Assembly: GCA_963706095.1 (NCBI GenBank)
Contig: OY970149.1
Location: 1,859,398-1,923,397 of the forward strand
Origin: an uncultured Chloroflexia bacterium
Lineage (GTDB): Bacteria > Chloroflexota > Limnocylindria > Limnocylindrales > CSP1-4
Reading direction: 5' to 3'
Length of the DNA: 64,000 bases
Part shown: positions 63,463-64,000 of the stretch, in pieces
How positions within the stretch are numbered: position 1 is the stretch's first letter
Layout of the letters: each line of letters opens with the position of its first letter
The notes under the pieces: model-generated
Database searches by the model: none
What the model saw: only the letters and a program-made list of their open reading frames with translations
Told to the model about the DNA's origin: nothing
Made by a program: the position numbers and the translations under genes

Positions 63463-64000
63463 TCAGGAGTACCCAAGCAGGATGCGCGCCAGCTCTGCCT
63501 GGCCCCGCGCATCGTCAAGTGCGTGGTGACTGTGACGGCGCGTCAGGCCCAGCCGCTCGTTGATGTGCTGCTTGCGCGTTTCCGCCCACGACCCGACACC
63601 CTCGCGCGCCATGTAGTACGCCTTCAGATCGAGCGCGCTGATGCCAAATGGGTTGCGGCCGAGGAAGCGCCAGAAGTAGTCGGCAACGAACATCCAGTCA
63701 AACGGGGCATTGAAGCCGACGAATACGGGTTGGCGGCCGCCGCAGCTCTGCGCCAGCCATGACTCCAGTTGCTTCAGCGCGTCGGCCGGCTCGAGGCCCT
63801 CCCTCTCGAGCCGATCGCGCGCCAGCCCGTGGATGCGCTGCGCTTCCTCCTGCCACGGCATGTCCGGTTGCGGCTTCAGCTCGAGGTACACGCCCTGTGC
63901 CGGATCCTCCACGAGACACGCACCGATTGACACCATGCTGCCCTGCGACGGGCTTGGCCCCGACGCCTCGATGTCAACGCTGACCAGGCACTCGCTGTCC
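63463..64000 (-). CDS. DEDDh 3'-5' exonuclease domain protein; 5' end lies outside the window
   Basis: ORF 63463..63936. The frame stays open upstream to the window edge and encodes ...VSVDIEASGPSPSQGS (Exo I motif). Motifs ...FNAPFDW... and ...HHALDDA... are also present. Confidence 0.7.
   Translation of the reverse strand, partial: DSECLVSVDIEASGPSPSQGSMVSIGACLVEDPAQGVYLELKPQPDMPWQEEAQRIHGLARDRLEREGLEPADALKQLESWLAQSCGGRQPVFVGFNAPFDWMFVADYFWRFLGRNPFGISALDLKAYYMAREGVGSWAETRKQHINERLGLTRRHSHHALDDARGQAELARILLGYS

Overview
High-GC bacterial chromosomal segment. I did not compute GC and cannot determine the taxon. The gene content fits an Actinomycetota/Chloroflexota-like lineage: four luciferase-like (F420-type) oxidoreductase paralogues, a Ni-SOD with its maturation protease, an aconitase-X pair, and GH57/GlgP/GlgA glycogen genes. 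I support about 59 protein genes on both strands, tightly packed with many 4-nt start/stop overlaps, plus one tRNA-Pro(CGG). I saw no rRNA, CRISPR array, transposase, integrase, prophage or recognisable defence island. Functional blocks in order: peptide/amino-acid uptake and peptidases (0.4-6.2 kb); tRNA-Pro followed by a small lower-GC islet with a lone HNH endonuclease (8.5-9.1 kb); a cyclase-ATPase-TPR signalling protein (14-16.7 kb); aconitase X (17.4-19.1 kb); a degenerate GGDEF protein (20.9-22.3 kb); a Rieske oxygenase cluster (27.4-29.5 kb); MarR-MFS and sodN-sodX (31.6-34.7 kb); cysDN, a LysM protein and a sulfite-oxidase-like gene (35-39.6 kb); a YitJ-like gene and a TPM/DUF2207 gene (40-43.7 kb); cell-envelope glycosyltransferases (43.9-47.4 kb); glycogen genes (51.5-57.6 kb); then an S8 protease, fabI, an FtsH paralogue and an exonuclease. 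The most unusual observation is at the sequence level. Five otherwise perfectly conserved genes (cysD, cysN, a YitJ-like homocysteine methyltransferase/MTHFR, glgP and an S8 protease) are interrupted by at least 22 single-nucleotide indels, while I detected none in the other ~54 genes. Corrected translations show no nonsense codons or damaged motifs. This looks like either a localised consensus/assembly problem or very recent inactivation, and the sequence alone cannot decide between them. Secondary observations: three genes whose conserved N-termini lie upstream of any ATG/GTG/TTG, a GGDEF domain with a degenerate active site but an intact I-site, and a few operator-like palindromes. I did not find a convincing novel multi-gene system.
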